Origin: Polyangia bacterium
GTDB taxonomy: Bacteria > Myxococcota_A > Polyangia > Palsa-1104 > JAEUJZ01
Assembly: GCA_046351595.1 (NCBI GenBank)
Contig: JAXLYE010000001.1
Location: 455,955 to 519,954 of the forward strand
Length of the DNA: 64,000 nucleotides
Direction: 5' to 3'
Both the position numbers and the translations under genes were made by a program. Below are positions 10,401-18,562 of the stretch, in pieces; within the stretch, counting starts at the first letter, position 1; each line of letters starts with the position of its first letter. The notes beneath the pieces were generated by a model. That model saw only the letters and a list, made by a program, of their open reading frames with translations, was not told the origin of the DNA and did no database searches.

Positions 10401-11391
10401 CGTCGTCGGCGGTGGGCACCGGCTGCGCAGAGCCCCACTGCGGGCGGCTGAGCAGCGGCCGGATGTGCTCGGGCAGCGTGTCGCGGCCGCGCGCGCCCAG
10501 CACGTCCTTCAGGAAGCTCGTGGGGCTGTCGCGCGCGAACGGGTAGCGCCCGATCAGCGCCTCCCACAAGAGCACGCCGACCGCGTACAGATCCGAGGCC
10601 GGCGACGGCGGGCTGCCGAGCAGGAGCTCGGGCGCCATGTACTCGAGCGTGCCGGCGACGTCCCGCGCGCTGCTGCGGTGGGTGGCGACCCCGAAGTCCA
10701 GCACCTTCACACGATCGCCGATGCACAGGACGTTCGACGGCTTCAGGTCGCGGTGCAGGATGCCGTGCCGGTGCAGGTAGGCCAGCGCCGCCAGCAGCTG
10801 CCCGGCCAGCGTCACCACCTCGGCGACGGGGCGGTTGGCCGCCGCCAGCGTGAACGGCTGCGGCGTCGGCAGAAGCTCCATGGTGAAGAAGGGCGAGCCC
10901 TCCTCATCGAAGCCGTAGTCCAGGACGCTGATGATGTGCGGGTGGCGCAGGCTGGCGAGAGTCTTGAACTCGTTGGCGATGGCGACGCGGTGCTGGCGCA
11001 GCACGACCTCGGGGCTGGCGCTGTACGAGAGCACGGCCACGGTCTGCGGCGCGGCGTCGCTCGGCAGCGCGACCGTGTGCGTCGGCGGCTCGTCGTCTAT
11101 CCCGTCCTCTGTCGCGTCCGCGCCGCGCGCGCCGCGCACCGTCGAGACCACGCGCTTGAGCGCGATGTGCTGGCCGCTCAGCCGATCGAGCGCGCGGAAC
11201 ACCTCACCCATGCCGCCGGCACCGAGCAGCTCGACCACGCGGTAGCGCTGCGGCAGGCGCAGCCCGAACGGCGCCTCGACGCGCTCGTCGACCGGGACCG
11301 CGACCGGGGCCGGCTCGGGTGCGGCGGGCCCGGGGCCGGGCGCGGCGGCGTCATCGGGTGTGCGTTCGGTAGGACGAATGGGCCCTCCCAC
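7474..11391 (-). CDS. Ser/Thr kinase fused to STAND/AAA NTPase and TPR-like repeats
   Basis: GTG 11391. Kinase motifs GAGGMGEVF, ALKRV, HRDLKPSNVL, DFGVA and APE are present. Walker A is LLLLAGESGVGKS, followed by a long helical repeat C-terminus. Confidence 0.9.
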   Translation of the reverse strand: MGGPIRPTERTPDDAAAPGPGPAAPEPAPVAVPVDERVEAPFGLRLPQRYRVVELLGAGGMGEVFRALDRLSGQHIALKRVVSTVRGARGADATEDGIDDEPPTHTVALPSDAAPQTVAVLSYSASPEVVLRQHRVAIANEFKTLASLRHPHIISVLDYGFDEEGSPFFTMELLPTPQPFTLAAANRPVAEVVTLAGQLLAALAYLHRHGILHRDLKPSNVLCIGDRVKVLDFGVATHRSSARDVAGTLEYMAPELLLGSPPSPASDLYAVGVLLWEALIGRYPFARDSPTSFLKDVLGARGRDTLPEHIRPLLSRPQWGSAQPVPTADDAGTQRESALASTRAREDGADRAAPPPPLLDLSQIPDVLHEVLQRLLHRDPQHRFQSAEEVVSALSRQTGVLLSGTLASSRESLLSAAPLVGRDTEVARLRTLLAQAKAGQGSLLLLAGESGVGKSRLIDELRTMALVEGAQVVRAQSVNAGGSPLQELAEALRPLSLCVELQDDSAAVLKELVPDLPVLLGRAVPDAPVLDSQAAQQRLLAVIESVLLRVETPTVLLLEDVHWAARETITLLQRLQPQLAARPILAVASYRDDERPELPQELPGGQLLRVRRLEAEAVAALATAVLGRDGQDPELVRHLMRESEGNALFLIEVTRALAEEAGAGSGSGVAGARLQALPVGIRALLQRRLRRVPALHYASLQLTAVAGRQVDLLLLGELCPDGEAFLASCADAGVLEVHEERWRFSHDKLREVLLGELSPHETRQLHRTVAGALERLYGDGALHAAALAYHFDHGGVPERAVHHGLHAGEHALRRGALVEASQILRRTTELLPQGDATPLQIAQTHRLLAQALAGLGQIAACTAACQVGLKALGRPLPQRTPGLLVGLVREAAGQVQRLLSGPGALPSNLFGPSDDTDDRSARAEEAELLALVGEASFYSLQQLQMIYCMVGSTNAADDVSAVERQVFGYSSLALVLSLTPLRRGAAAYFARAEALLRRSQKPDPRAELGLRRVRALVYVSAGQLRAALHESDLAVAGAARLRDDPLRMFCLLVRRMARLHLGDFPGLLRDGEEIERLARAGHNVQQLTWALAINALVRLRMGELDRAERELGDASAHASASQDRVARNAVDALRAQLFLLRGEPLRSRELLGPAIAMLIRTKLTMPGILVCFRVLLEVGRATLARTPDPSLAASQEKLVQRLERYARANPIARPAAALWQGLLLRDRGRPQRALGPLRRALAQAQRMEMQYDEAEAHEAIGRLRLDPSPAGAPLLLTTRAAREYIARARDLYLRMGLIKRAESLP

Positions 11392-11496
11392 CTGCGGACG
11401 CTCGCGCTTCGGGACGGACAGGAGACGACCCTGAGCCGGTCGGGTCGCGCGACGGCAGGGCTTTCATCGCGGCTGTGCCCAGACTATCACGCGCAG

Positions 11497-11517
11497 CCCG
11501 ACGCGCGGTCGGGTTTT
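11497..11517 (+). terminator. hairpin CCCGAC-gcgcg-GTCGGG followed by TTTT
   Basis: Seen directly in the sequence. It lies in the divergent intergenic region about 175 nt upstream of the 11693 start, and no upstream + strand gene exists for it to terminate. Confidence 0.25.
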
Positions 11518-11692
11518 CCGCAGGCCGCGGCGGGCCCGGGCGCACGCCGCGCGCGCCGTGCATCCCCGTGAACCAAGGGCCCCGCGAATCGTGGTAGAAC
11601 CGGGCTCGCCTCCGAGCCTTATCTTCTCAAGTCCAAGCCCAAGCACGCTTCAACGAAGCGTCAGGCACGCGTCAAGCACACCAAGGTACGCC

Positions 11693-12424
11693 ATGCAGCT
11701 TATCCTCACGCTCCTCGCCATCCTCGCGCTCAACGGCGCCGCCATCCTCGGGCTCAGCGTGCTCGCGCGCACAGAGCTCATCCGCCGCTACCGCGTGCGC
11801 GCGGATCGCCCGTTCCGCATCGAGCCCGCGGTCCGGCTCCGGACCTCGATCCTCAACTCCGTAGTCTCCGTCGGGCTGCTGTTCGGCGTGGTCCTGACCT
11901 TCCGCCCGTTCCTGATCCGTAGCGAGCCAGTGAGCCTGCTGCGCACGATCGGCGAAGCGGTCGCGATCCTGGCGATGTACGACTTCGGCTATTACCTCCT
12001 GCACCGCTTCGTCTTCCACGAGTGGTCGGTCGGCCGCCGCGTCCACGCCGTGCACCACACGATCCGCACCCCGTACGCGGTGGACAGCCTGTACATCCAC
12101 CCGGCCGAGACCGTGGGCGGCGTCGGGCTGCTGCTCTTGTGCACCGCGATCCTCGGCCCCGTCGGCGAGTCGTCCTTCGAGCTGGCGTTCCTGATCTACT
12201 CGCTGCTGAACGTGTTCATCCACTCCGCCATCGACCTACGCTTCTTTCCGTTCCGCACCCTGACCGCGCTGGTCCGCCACCACGACGCGCACCACCAGTC
12301 GATGAAGGCGGGCTACTACGCCTCGATCACGCCGCTGTGGGACCTGGTGTTCGGCACCGCGCGGACGCCGCACTCGCCCGGGCACTCGACCGGTCACGCC
12401 GCCGGGCACTCGCCGGGGAGCTGA
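11693..12424 (+). CDS. fatty acid hydroxylase / sterol desaturase superfamily membrane protein
   Basis: ATG 11693 opens MQLILTLLAILAL. Histidine boxes HRFVFH, HAVHH and HHDAHH are present, along with several TM helices. Confidence 0.85.
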   Translation: MQLILTLLAILALNGAAILGLSVLARTELIRRYRVRADRPFRIEPAVRLRTSILNSVVSVGLLFGVVLTFRPFLIRSEPVSLLRTIGEAVAILAMYDFGYYLLHRFVFHEWSVGRRVHAVHHTIRTPYAVDSLYIHPAETVGGVGLLLLCTAILGPVGESSFELAFLIYSLLNVFIHSAIDLRFFPFRTLTALVRHHDAHHQSMKAGYYASITPLWDLVFGTARTPHSPGHSTGHAAGHSPGS

Positions 12425-12503
12425 GCGGGCCCGGCGCGCCCCGTCGCGGAGCCGGCTTCCGGCGGCGATTCCGGGCGGTCCCGGGATCTCGTACGATGCG
12501 CGC

Positions 12504-13988
12504 ATGCGAAGCGACTCTGTGGTATCCGTCCGCTCTGCTCCTGCGCGCGCTCTCGGTCTGCTGGCGCTCGAGCTCACGCTCGCCAGCTGCGGCCCGCTCG
12601 ATCCCGACCGCGCGCAGCTCGCGCCGGGCCGCCTTGCCCACGCGCTTTCCCCGTCGCCGCTGTTCGATCTTGCGGCGATCCGCGACGCCTCGACCGCGGA
12701 CTGCCGTTTCGAGGGTGCGCGCGACGTCATAAGGTCCGGCGTAGCGCTGCGCGTCTTCAACCTGAGCTACCTGTCGTGGGAGTCGATCGACGGCAGCCTG
12801 CGCCCGATCCGCATCCGCGCCTTCGCCGCGCGGCCGCAGGCACCGGCAGGCAGGCTGCCCGCGGTCGTGCAGGCGCACGGACTGGGCGGCTACGCCGACG
12901 AGAGCAGCGCTACCAGCCTGGCCGCGCGCCTGGGCCTGTTCGCGGTCGCCTACAGCGGCCCGGGCAGCGGCACCACGGCCGACAACACCTCGGAGGGCCG
13001 CCCGCCGGGTCACGGCAGCGGCTACCGCCTGTTCGACACGCTGCACGCGCCCGACGGCGTGCGCGGGAGCTGGTTCTGGGCGCACACCACGGCCGCGCTG
13101 CGCGCGCTGACGTGCCTGGCGGCGCGGCCGGACGTCGACGCCGACCGCCTGGGCATGACCGGCTTCTCGGCCGGCGGCGTGGCGACGCTGCTCGCGGCCG
13201 GTGCCGACGATCGCATCCGCGCCGCGGTGCCGCTGTCGGGCGTGCTGGCCTGGGACGAGGCGACCCGCGCGCCGGCGGCGTGGCAGCACGCGCTGCTCGC
13301 GCAGGCCGGCCTCGACACCCGCAGCGCCGAGTGGCAGGGCCTCACGCGCGAGCTCGTGGACCCGGGCGTCGCGCTCGCGCAGAGCCGCGGCCGCATCCTC
13401 CTGGTCAACGGCACGACGGATGAATTCTTCCCGCTGACCGCACACGTCGCGACGCTCCGGGCGCTGGCCACGAGCCCGGCCGCGGCCGCGGTGCGCACCA
13501 GCCTGGTCGGCAACTTCGACCACGGCTGCTACAAGCTCACCGGCGGCGAGAGCGCCGCCACCATCGAGGCCCGCGCCGCCCTGCGCGCCGAGGGCGGCCA
13601 GCGCGCCTGGTTCCGCCACCACCTCGCCGGCGATCCCGCGTTCGCTGCGCTGCCGCAGCCCCCGGCGGTGCTGGTGACGACGCTCGGACCGCTCGCGCAG
13701 ATCACCGCGCAGGTCGACCTGCCGCCCGGCCTCGCCATCGAAGAGGTGCGCCTGTGGTGGAGCAGCGCGGACTCCTACGTGTACGCGAGCGTGGCCCTCG
13801 ATCGCAAGAGCTCGACCCGCTACCAGAAGCTCGCCGCGCTGCCGCTCGGTCCGTCCAGCATCTACTTCGTCGACGTCCAGTACCGCACCGCCGACTGGCT
13901 GGCGCCGACGCGCTTCTCGATCTCGTCGGTCCCGACGCTGCCGGCCGGCAGCACGCCGCGCATCCGCGGCATCGGCACATGCCTGTAG
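12504..13988 (+). CDS. alpha/beta hydrolase lipoprotein (acetyl-xylan-esterase / dienelactone-hydrolase-like)
   Basis: The signal ends in lipobox LTLASCG. The nucleophile elbow is GMTGFSAGG, with an HG-type upstream motif AVVQAHGLGG. Confidence 0.75.
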   Translation: MRSDSVVSVRSAPARALGLLALELTLASCGPLDPDRAQLAPGRLAHALSPSPLFDLAAIRDASTADCRFEGARDVIRSGVALRVFNLSYLSWESIDGSLRPIRIRAFAARPQAPAGRLPAVVQAHGLGGYADESSATSLAARLGLFAVAYSGPGSGTTADNTSEGRPPGHGSGYRLFDTLHAPDGVRGSWFWAHTTAALRALTCLAARPDVDADRLGMTGFSAGGVATLLAAGADDRIRAAVPLSGVLAWDEATRAPAAWQHALLAQAGLDTRSAEWQGLTRELVDPGVALAQSRGRILLVNGTTDEFFPLTAHVATLRALATSPAAAAVRTSLVGNFDHGCYKLTGGESAATIEARAALRAEGGQRAWFRHHLAGDPAFAALPQPPAVLVTTLGPLAQITAQVDLPPGLAIEEVRLWWSSADSYVYASVALDRKSSTRYQKLAALPLGPSSIYFVDVQYRTADWLAPTRFSISSVPTLPAGSTPRIRGIGTCL

Positions 13989-14029
13989 ACGAAGACGCAG
14001 ACGAAGACGCAGACGAAGACGCAGACGCA
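13988..14029. repeat. 12-bp tandem repeat GACGAAGACGCA x3.5
   Basis: The array starts at the last base of the TAG stop codon of the hydrolase gene. The units are contiguous with no spacers. Confidence 0.9.
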
Positions 14030-14114
14030 GATACGGGGCCGGACAGACAACCGCAGACCGGCTGAGCTCGCGCAGGGCCCATCGCACCGGGTAACAACCC
14101 CAGCTCGACGGTAA

Positions 14115-14137
14115 ATGATGCGTTTCGGGCGCATCAT
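14115..14137 (+). terminator. hairpin ATGATGCG-tttcggg-CGCATCAT, T-run 17 nt downstream
   Basis: An 8-bp stem between the hydrolase gene and the pao-like operon. The T7 run at 14155-14161 is not adjacent, so this is a weak call. Confidence 0.25.
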
Positions 14138-14238
14138 CTTGCGCACAATTCCCCTTTTTTTCTGTGGCTCGCGCGGAAACAGCGACCAAGCTGGATCGAT
14201 ACTCGGCGCTTTGTGGCCTATCGACCAGGGAAGTCCCA

Positions 14239-15279
14239 ATGAACGCAGAGCACGCGGTCGCTGCCTCCTGTCTCTCTCCTCCCTCTTGCTTGCAGTTCAC
14301 CGATCAGAAGGGCCGCAGCTGCTCGCTCAGTGAGCTGCGCGGGCGGCCGCTTCTGGTCGCGCTCGGGGTCGCGGACTTCGACGGCGCGCAGGCCGACGCG
14401 CTGCGGCCCGAGCTGCGCGGCCTGGGCAGCGCGCTGCTGGTCGTGAACGCCGCGCCCGCGCAAAGCTGGCTGCTCGCGCCCGATGACGAGGCCGAGCCGG
14501 TCGAGCCGAGCAGCAGCGCGGCGCTCGCCGCCTTCGTGGCGCAGCACGCGGCGCCGCTGCGAATGACCCTGCTTTTGTTCGAGCGCGGCGAGGTCGTGTG
14601 GTGCCACCGCAGCGAGGGCGCGAGCCTGCTGCTGGTCGAGGCGCTGCGCTCCGCCGCGGCCGAGCAGCGCCGGCCGTGTGCGTATCACGTGTCGCGGCGC
14701 GAGCTCCTGGTCGCCTCCCTGGGCACCGCGCTCGCGGCCCTCACGCTGTCGCTGCGACCGCGCGAGGCGGGCGCGCGCGAGCCCGCGGCCAAGGGCGCCC
14801 CCGGCCCCGCTGCCGACCCGCTGAGCAAGATCACGCTCGATGTGAACGGCCAGCAGCACACGCTCGAGATCGAGCCGCGCGTGACGCTCCTGGATGCGCT
14901 GCGCGAGCGCCTGGGACTGTGCGGCACCAAGAAGGGCTGCGACCACGGGCAGTGCGGCGCCTGTACCGTCCTGGTCGACGGCCGGCGCGTCAACGCGTGC
15001 CTGACGCTGGCGGTCATGACCGAGGGCGCCAAGGTGACGACCATCGAGGGCCTGGGCACGCCCGAGCAGCTGCACCCGATGCAGGCCGCGTTCCTGCACC
15101 ACGACGCGTTCCAGTGCGGCTACTGCACGCCCGGGCAGATCGTCTCGGCGGTGGCGCTGCTCAAAGAGGGGCGCGCCCGCACCACCGAGCAGATCCGCGA
15201 GCACATGAGCGGCAACCTGTGCCGCTGCGGCGCCTACCCGAACATCGTGGCCGCGATCCAGGCGGCGCAGAAGGGCTGA
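14239..15279 (+). CDS. paoA: 2Fe-2S subunit of periplasmic aldehyde oxidoreductase (PaoA/YagT-like) with a ~150-aa redoxin-like N-terminal extension
   Basis: The C-terminal half matches PaoA closely by eye: LRERLGLCGTKKGCDHGQCGACTVLVDGRRVNACLTLAV, LHPMQAAF..HDAFQCGYCTPGQ, MSGNLCRCGAYPNI. An internal SRRELLVASLGTALAALTL Tat-like motif has an in-frame GTG at 14689. Upstream, the same frame has high GC3 and reads FTDQKGRSCSLSELRGRPLLVALG. Confidence 0.85.
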   Translation: MNAEHAVAASCLSPPSCLQFTDQKGRSCSLSELRGRPLLVALGVADFDGAQADALRPELRGLGSALLVVNAAPAQSWLLAPDDEAEPVEPSSSAALAAFVAQHAAPLRMTLLLFERGEVVWCHRSEGASLLLVEALRSAAAEQRRPCAYHVSRRELLVASLGTALAALTLSLRPREAGAREPAAKGAPGPAADPLSKITLDVNGQQHTLEIEPRVTLLDALRERLGLCGTKKGCDHGQCGACTVLVDGRRVNACLTLAVMTEGAKVTTIEGLGTPEQLHPMQAAFLHHDAFQCGYCTPGQIVSAVALLKEGRARTTEQIREHMSGNLCRCGAYPNIVAAIQAAQKG

Positions 15280-15287
15280 GGGCAGAC

Positions 15288-16373
15288 ATGCAGCCGATCC
15301 GATACCAGCGTGTAGACAGCGCGCAGGCCGCGATCGATGCGGCGACGACCCAGCGCGGCACCTTCGTCGCGGGCGGGACCTCGCTGATCGATTTGATGAA
15401 GCTCGGGGTGATGAAGCTCGGGGTGACGAGCCCCGAGGTCCTCATCGACATCAACCGGCTGCCGCTGTCCCAGATCGAGAATACGCCGCAGGGCGTGCGC
15501 ATCGGCGCGCTCGTGCGCAACTCGGATCTCGCGCACCACCCGCAGATCGAGAAGGAGTATCCGCTGCTCTCGGAGTCGCTTTTGTCCGGTGCCAGCCCGC
15601 AGGTCCGGAACATGGCCACCGTCGGCGGCAACCTGCTGCAGCGCACGCGCTGCTACTACTTTCGCGACCCTGGATCGCCGTGCAACAAGCGCGAGCCGCA
15701 CAGCGGCTGCTCGGCGCTCGAGGGCCAGCAGCGCATCCACGCCATCCTCGGCACCAGCGAGCGCTGCATCGCCACGCACCCCTCGGATCTGTGCGTGGCG
15801 CTGTGCGCACTCGATGCGGTCGTGCACATCAAGGGGCCGCGCGGCGAGCGCACGATCCCCATTGCCGAGTTCCACGTCGTGCCCGGCGATCACCCCGAGC
15901 GCGAGAGCGTGCTCGAGCCGGGCGAGCTGGTGCTCGCGGTGTCGCTGCCGCCGCGCAAGGGCTACCTGCAGTCGCGCTACGTCAAGGTCCGCGATCGCGC
16001 CTCGTTCGCCTTCGCGCTGGCCTCGGCCGCGGCGGTGCTGCGCCTGGACCCGCAGCAGGGGCCGCAGCAGGGAGTCGTGCGCGAAGCGCGGATCGCGCTC
16101 GGCGGCGTCGCGACCAAGCCCTGGCGCTCGCCCGAGGCCGAGGCGGTGCTGATCGGGCGCAGGCCCGATCGCGCGCTGTTCGAGAAGGCCGCGGACGCGG
16201 CGCTCGCGCAGGCCAGGCCGCGCGCGCACAACGCCTTCAAGGTGGCCCTGTGCAAGCGCACGCTGGTCCGCGCGCTCGAGAGCGTGGCCCAAAGCATGCA
16301 GCCAAACACGCAGCCAAACACGCAGCAGGGCACGCAGCAGGGCACGCAGCAGGGCACGGAGGTCAAGCGATGA
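15288..16373 (+). CDS. paoB: FAD-binding subunit (PaoB/YagS-like)
   Basis: ATG 15288 opens MQPIRYQRV. AGGTSLIDLMKLGV and ATVGGNLLQRTRCYYFR are present. The track ORF start 14598 is an off-frame extension over paoA. Confidence 0.9.
   Translation: MQPIRYQRVDSAQAAIDAATTQRGTFVAGGTSLIDLMKLGVMKLGVTSPEVLIDINRLPLSQIENTPQGVRIGALVRNSDLAHHPQIEKEYPLLSESLLSGASPQVRNMATVGGNLLQRTRCYYFRDPGSPCNKREPHSGCSALEGQQRIHAILGTSERCIATHPSDLCVALCALDAVVHIKGPRGERTIPIAEFHVVPGDHPERESVLEPGELVLAVSLPPRKGYLQSRYVKVRDRASFAFALASAAAVLRLDPQQGPQQGVVREARIALGGVATKPWRSPEAEAVLIGRRPDRALFEKAADAALAQARPRAHNAFKVALCKRTLVRALESVAQSMQPNTQPNTQQGTQQGTQQGTEVKR
15396..15425 (+). repeat. perfect 15-bp tandem duplication ATGAAGCTCGGGGTG x2 inside paoB
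   Basis: It encodes MKLGV-MKLGV within the conserved FAD-domain segment. Confidence 0.95.
16299..16358 (+). repeat. 12-bp tandem repeats (CAGCCAAACACG x2, CAGCAGGGCACG x3) at the paoB 3' end
   Basis: They encode QPNT QPNT QQGT QQGT QQGT just before the ATGA stop/start overlap with paoC. Confidence 0.95.
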
Positions 16374-18562
16374 CGGCCCCCCAGAACCCTGGCGCCGGCC
16401 AGCCGGCCGCGCTGAAGGCGCGCGGCGAGCCGCTCGATCGAGTCGACGGGCGGCTCAAGGTCACCGGCCGGGCGCAGTACGCGGTCGAGGTGCCGTCGGG
16501 CCGGCTCGCCTACGCGGTGCTGGTGACGAGCACGGTGGCGCGCGGCCGCATCGTGCAGCTCGAGTCCGCGCCGGCCGAGCGCGCGCCCGGCGTGCTCGCG
16601 GTGCTGACCCACAAGAACGCGCCCAAGCTGCCGGCGCAGCCGACGGTGCAGAACCGGGTCTCGATCACCGATCGGGCGCTGCAGCTGTTGCAGGACGATC
16701 GCGTGCGCTACTGGAACCAGCCGGTCGGCGTCGTGGTCGCGGACACGCTGGAGCGCGCGCAGCACGCGGCGCAGCTCTTGCGCGCCGGCATCCGCTACGA
16801 GCGCGAGGCGTGCCGCGTGGATCCCGCGTCCGCGCCGCGCTGGGACGACGCGCCGCCGTCGGGCAAGCCCAAGGCCGGGCCCGAGCAGCGCACGCCGCCC
16901 GACTACAGCCGCGGCGACGTCGCCGCCGGTCTCGCCGCTGCCGCGGTGCGCGTCGCCGAGACGTATACGACGCCGTTCGAGCACCACAACCCGCTCGAGA
17001 TGCACGCCACGACCGCGGCCTGGCAGGGCCCGGATCACCTGACGATCTACGACTCGACACAGGGCATCTTCGAGTGCCGGCGCAAGGTGGCGGCGTCGCT
17101 CGGGCTGCCCAAGGAGAACGTGCGCGTCGTCTCACACTTCGTCGGCGGCGGCTTCGGATCCAAGGGCTCGGTGTGGTCGCACGTGGTGCTGGCGGCGCTC
17201 GCGGCGCAGCGCGCGGGCCGGCCGGTGCGGCTGATGGTGTCGCGGCCGCAGATGTTCGGGCCCGTCGGCGGACGGCCCGCGACCGAGCAGCGCGTGGCGC
17301 TGGGCGCGAGCAAGGACGGCGTGCTGACCGCGATCCGCCACGAGAGCCGCTCGCCCACCAGCCGCTTCGACGAGTTCGTCGAGCACACCACGCAGCCGAC
17401 GCGCACGCTGTACGCCTGCGCCAACGTCGCGACGATCGAGCGTGTGATCCGCCTGGACATCGGCACGCCGCAGTTCCAGCGCGCGCCCGGCGAGTCTACG
17501 GGCAGCTTCGCGCTGGAGAGCGCGATGGACGAGCTCTCGTACGCGCTCGGCATGGATCCGATCGAGCTGCGCTTGAAGAACCACGCGGACCGCGATCCCG
17601 AGAGCGGGAAGCCGTGGTCCTCCAAGTCGCTGCGCGCCTGTTACGAGCAGGCAGCGGCGCGCTTCGGCTGGTCGCAGCGCAAGCCGCAGCCGCGCTCGAT
17701 GCGCGACGGCGCGACCCTCATCGGCTGGGGCATGGCCACCTCGACGTACCCGGCGCACGTCTGGCCGGCGGCCGCGGACGTGACCGTCCTGCCCGACGGC
17801 AGCGCGCGCGTGCGGGCCGGCTCGCAGGACATCGGCACCGGCACGTATACGGTGATGACGCAGCTCGCGGCCGAGACGCTGGGCCTGCCGATCGACAAGG
17901 TGCGCTTCGAGCTCGGCGACACCGAGCTGCCGCAGGCCGGCACCTCGGGCGGCTCGACGACCGCGGCCAGCGTCGGCTCGGCCGTGCGGCGGGCCTGCCT
18001 GGAGGCGCGAAAGAAGCTGGACGCGCTGACCGGCTCGGGCTCGCTCGCCGAGCGCTTCGCGCAGCACAAGCTCGACAAGATCCAGGTCAGCTACAAGGCC
18101 ATGCCGGGCAAGGAGCACGAGCACTACGCCAGCCGCTCGTTCGGCGCGCAGCTCATCGAGGTGCGCGTGGATCCGGAGCTCGGCCAGATCCGCGTGAGCC
18201 GCATGGTCGGGGCCTTCGCCTGCGGCCGCATCCTCAACGAGAAGACCGCGCGCAGCCAGTACCTTGGCGGCATGGTCTGGGGCCTGGGCATGGGCCTGTT
18301 CGAGCACTCGCTGTATGACGACAAGCTCGGCCGCATCGTCAACAACGACCTGTCCGAGTACGTGATCCCGGTGAGCCTGGACGTACCGAGCATCGACGTG
18401 ATCTTCATCGATGAGCAGGACCCGTACATCAACGAGATCGGCGTGAAGGGAATCGGGGAGATCGGGATCACCGGGACCGCGGCGGCGATCGCAAACGCCG
18501 TCTACCACGCCACCGGCAAGCGCATCCGCAGCCTGCCGATCACCCTCGACAAGCTGCTATAG
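16370..18562 (+). CDS. paoC: molybdopterin-binding large subunit (PaoC/YagR-like, xanthine dehydrogenase family)
   Basis: ATG 16370 overlaps the paoB stop (ATGA). The protein opens MTAPQNPG...RVDGRLKVTGRAQYA, and GGGFGSK and GIGEIGI motifs are present. The track start 15680 is spurious. Confidence 0.9.
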   Translation: MTAPQNPGAGQPAALKARGEPLDRVDGRLKVTGRAQYAVEVPSGRLAYAVLVTSTVARGRIVQLESAPAERAPGVLAVLTHKNAPKLPAQPTVQNRVSITDRALQLLQDDRVRYWNQPVGVVVADTLERAQHAAQLLRAGIRYEREACRVDPASAPRWDDAPPSGKPKAGPEQRTPPDYSRGDVAAGLAAAAVRVAETYTTPFEHHNPLEMHATTAAWQGPDHLTIYDSTQGIFECRRKVAASLGLPKENVRVVSHFVGGGFGSKGSVWSHVVLAALAAQRAGRPVRLMVSRPQMFGPVGGRPATEQRVALGASKDGVLTAIRHESRSPTSRFDEFVEHTTQPTRTLYACANVATIERVIRLDIGTPQFQRAPGESTGSFALESAMDELSYALGMDPIELRLKNHADRDPESGKPWSSKSLRACYEQAAARFGWSQRKPQPRSMRDGATLIGWGMATSTYPAHVWPAAADVTVLPDGSARVRAGSQDIGTGTYTVMTQLAAETLGLPIDKVRFELGDTELPQAGTSGGSTTAASVGSAVRRACLEARKKLDALTGSGSLAERFAQHKLDKIQVSYKAMPGKEHEHYASRSFGAQLIEVRVDPELGQIRVSRMVGAFACGRILNEKTARSQYLGGMVWGLGMGLFEHSLYDDKLGRIVNNDLSEYVIPVSLDVPSIDVIFIDEQDPYINEIGVKGIGEIGITGTAAAIANAVYHATGKRIRSLPITLDKLL

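Noticed and set aside
7375-11571. 1398-aa + strand ORF.
   Set aside because: It is an antisense shadow of the kinase-STAND gene 7474..11391. Its composition is low-complexity R/A/Q/L with no motifs.
14598-15287. N-terminal 230 aa of track ORF 14598..16373 (and likewise 15680..16369 of ORF 15680..18562).
   Set aside because: These extensions run off-frame over the preceding pao gene. The real starts are ATG 15288 and ATG 16370, where PaoB/PaoC-like sequence begins.
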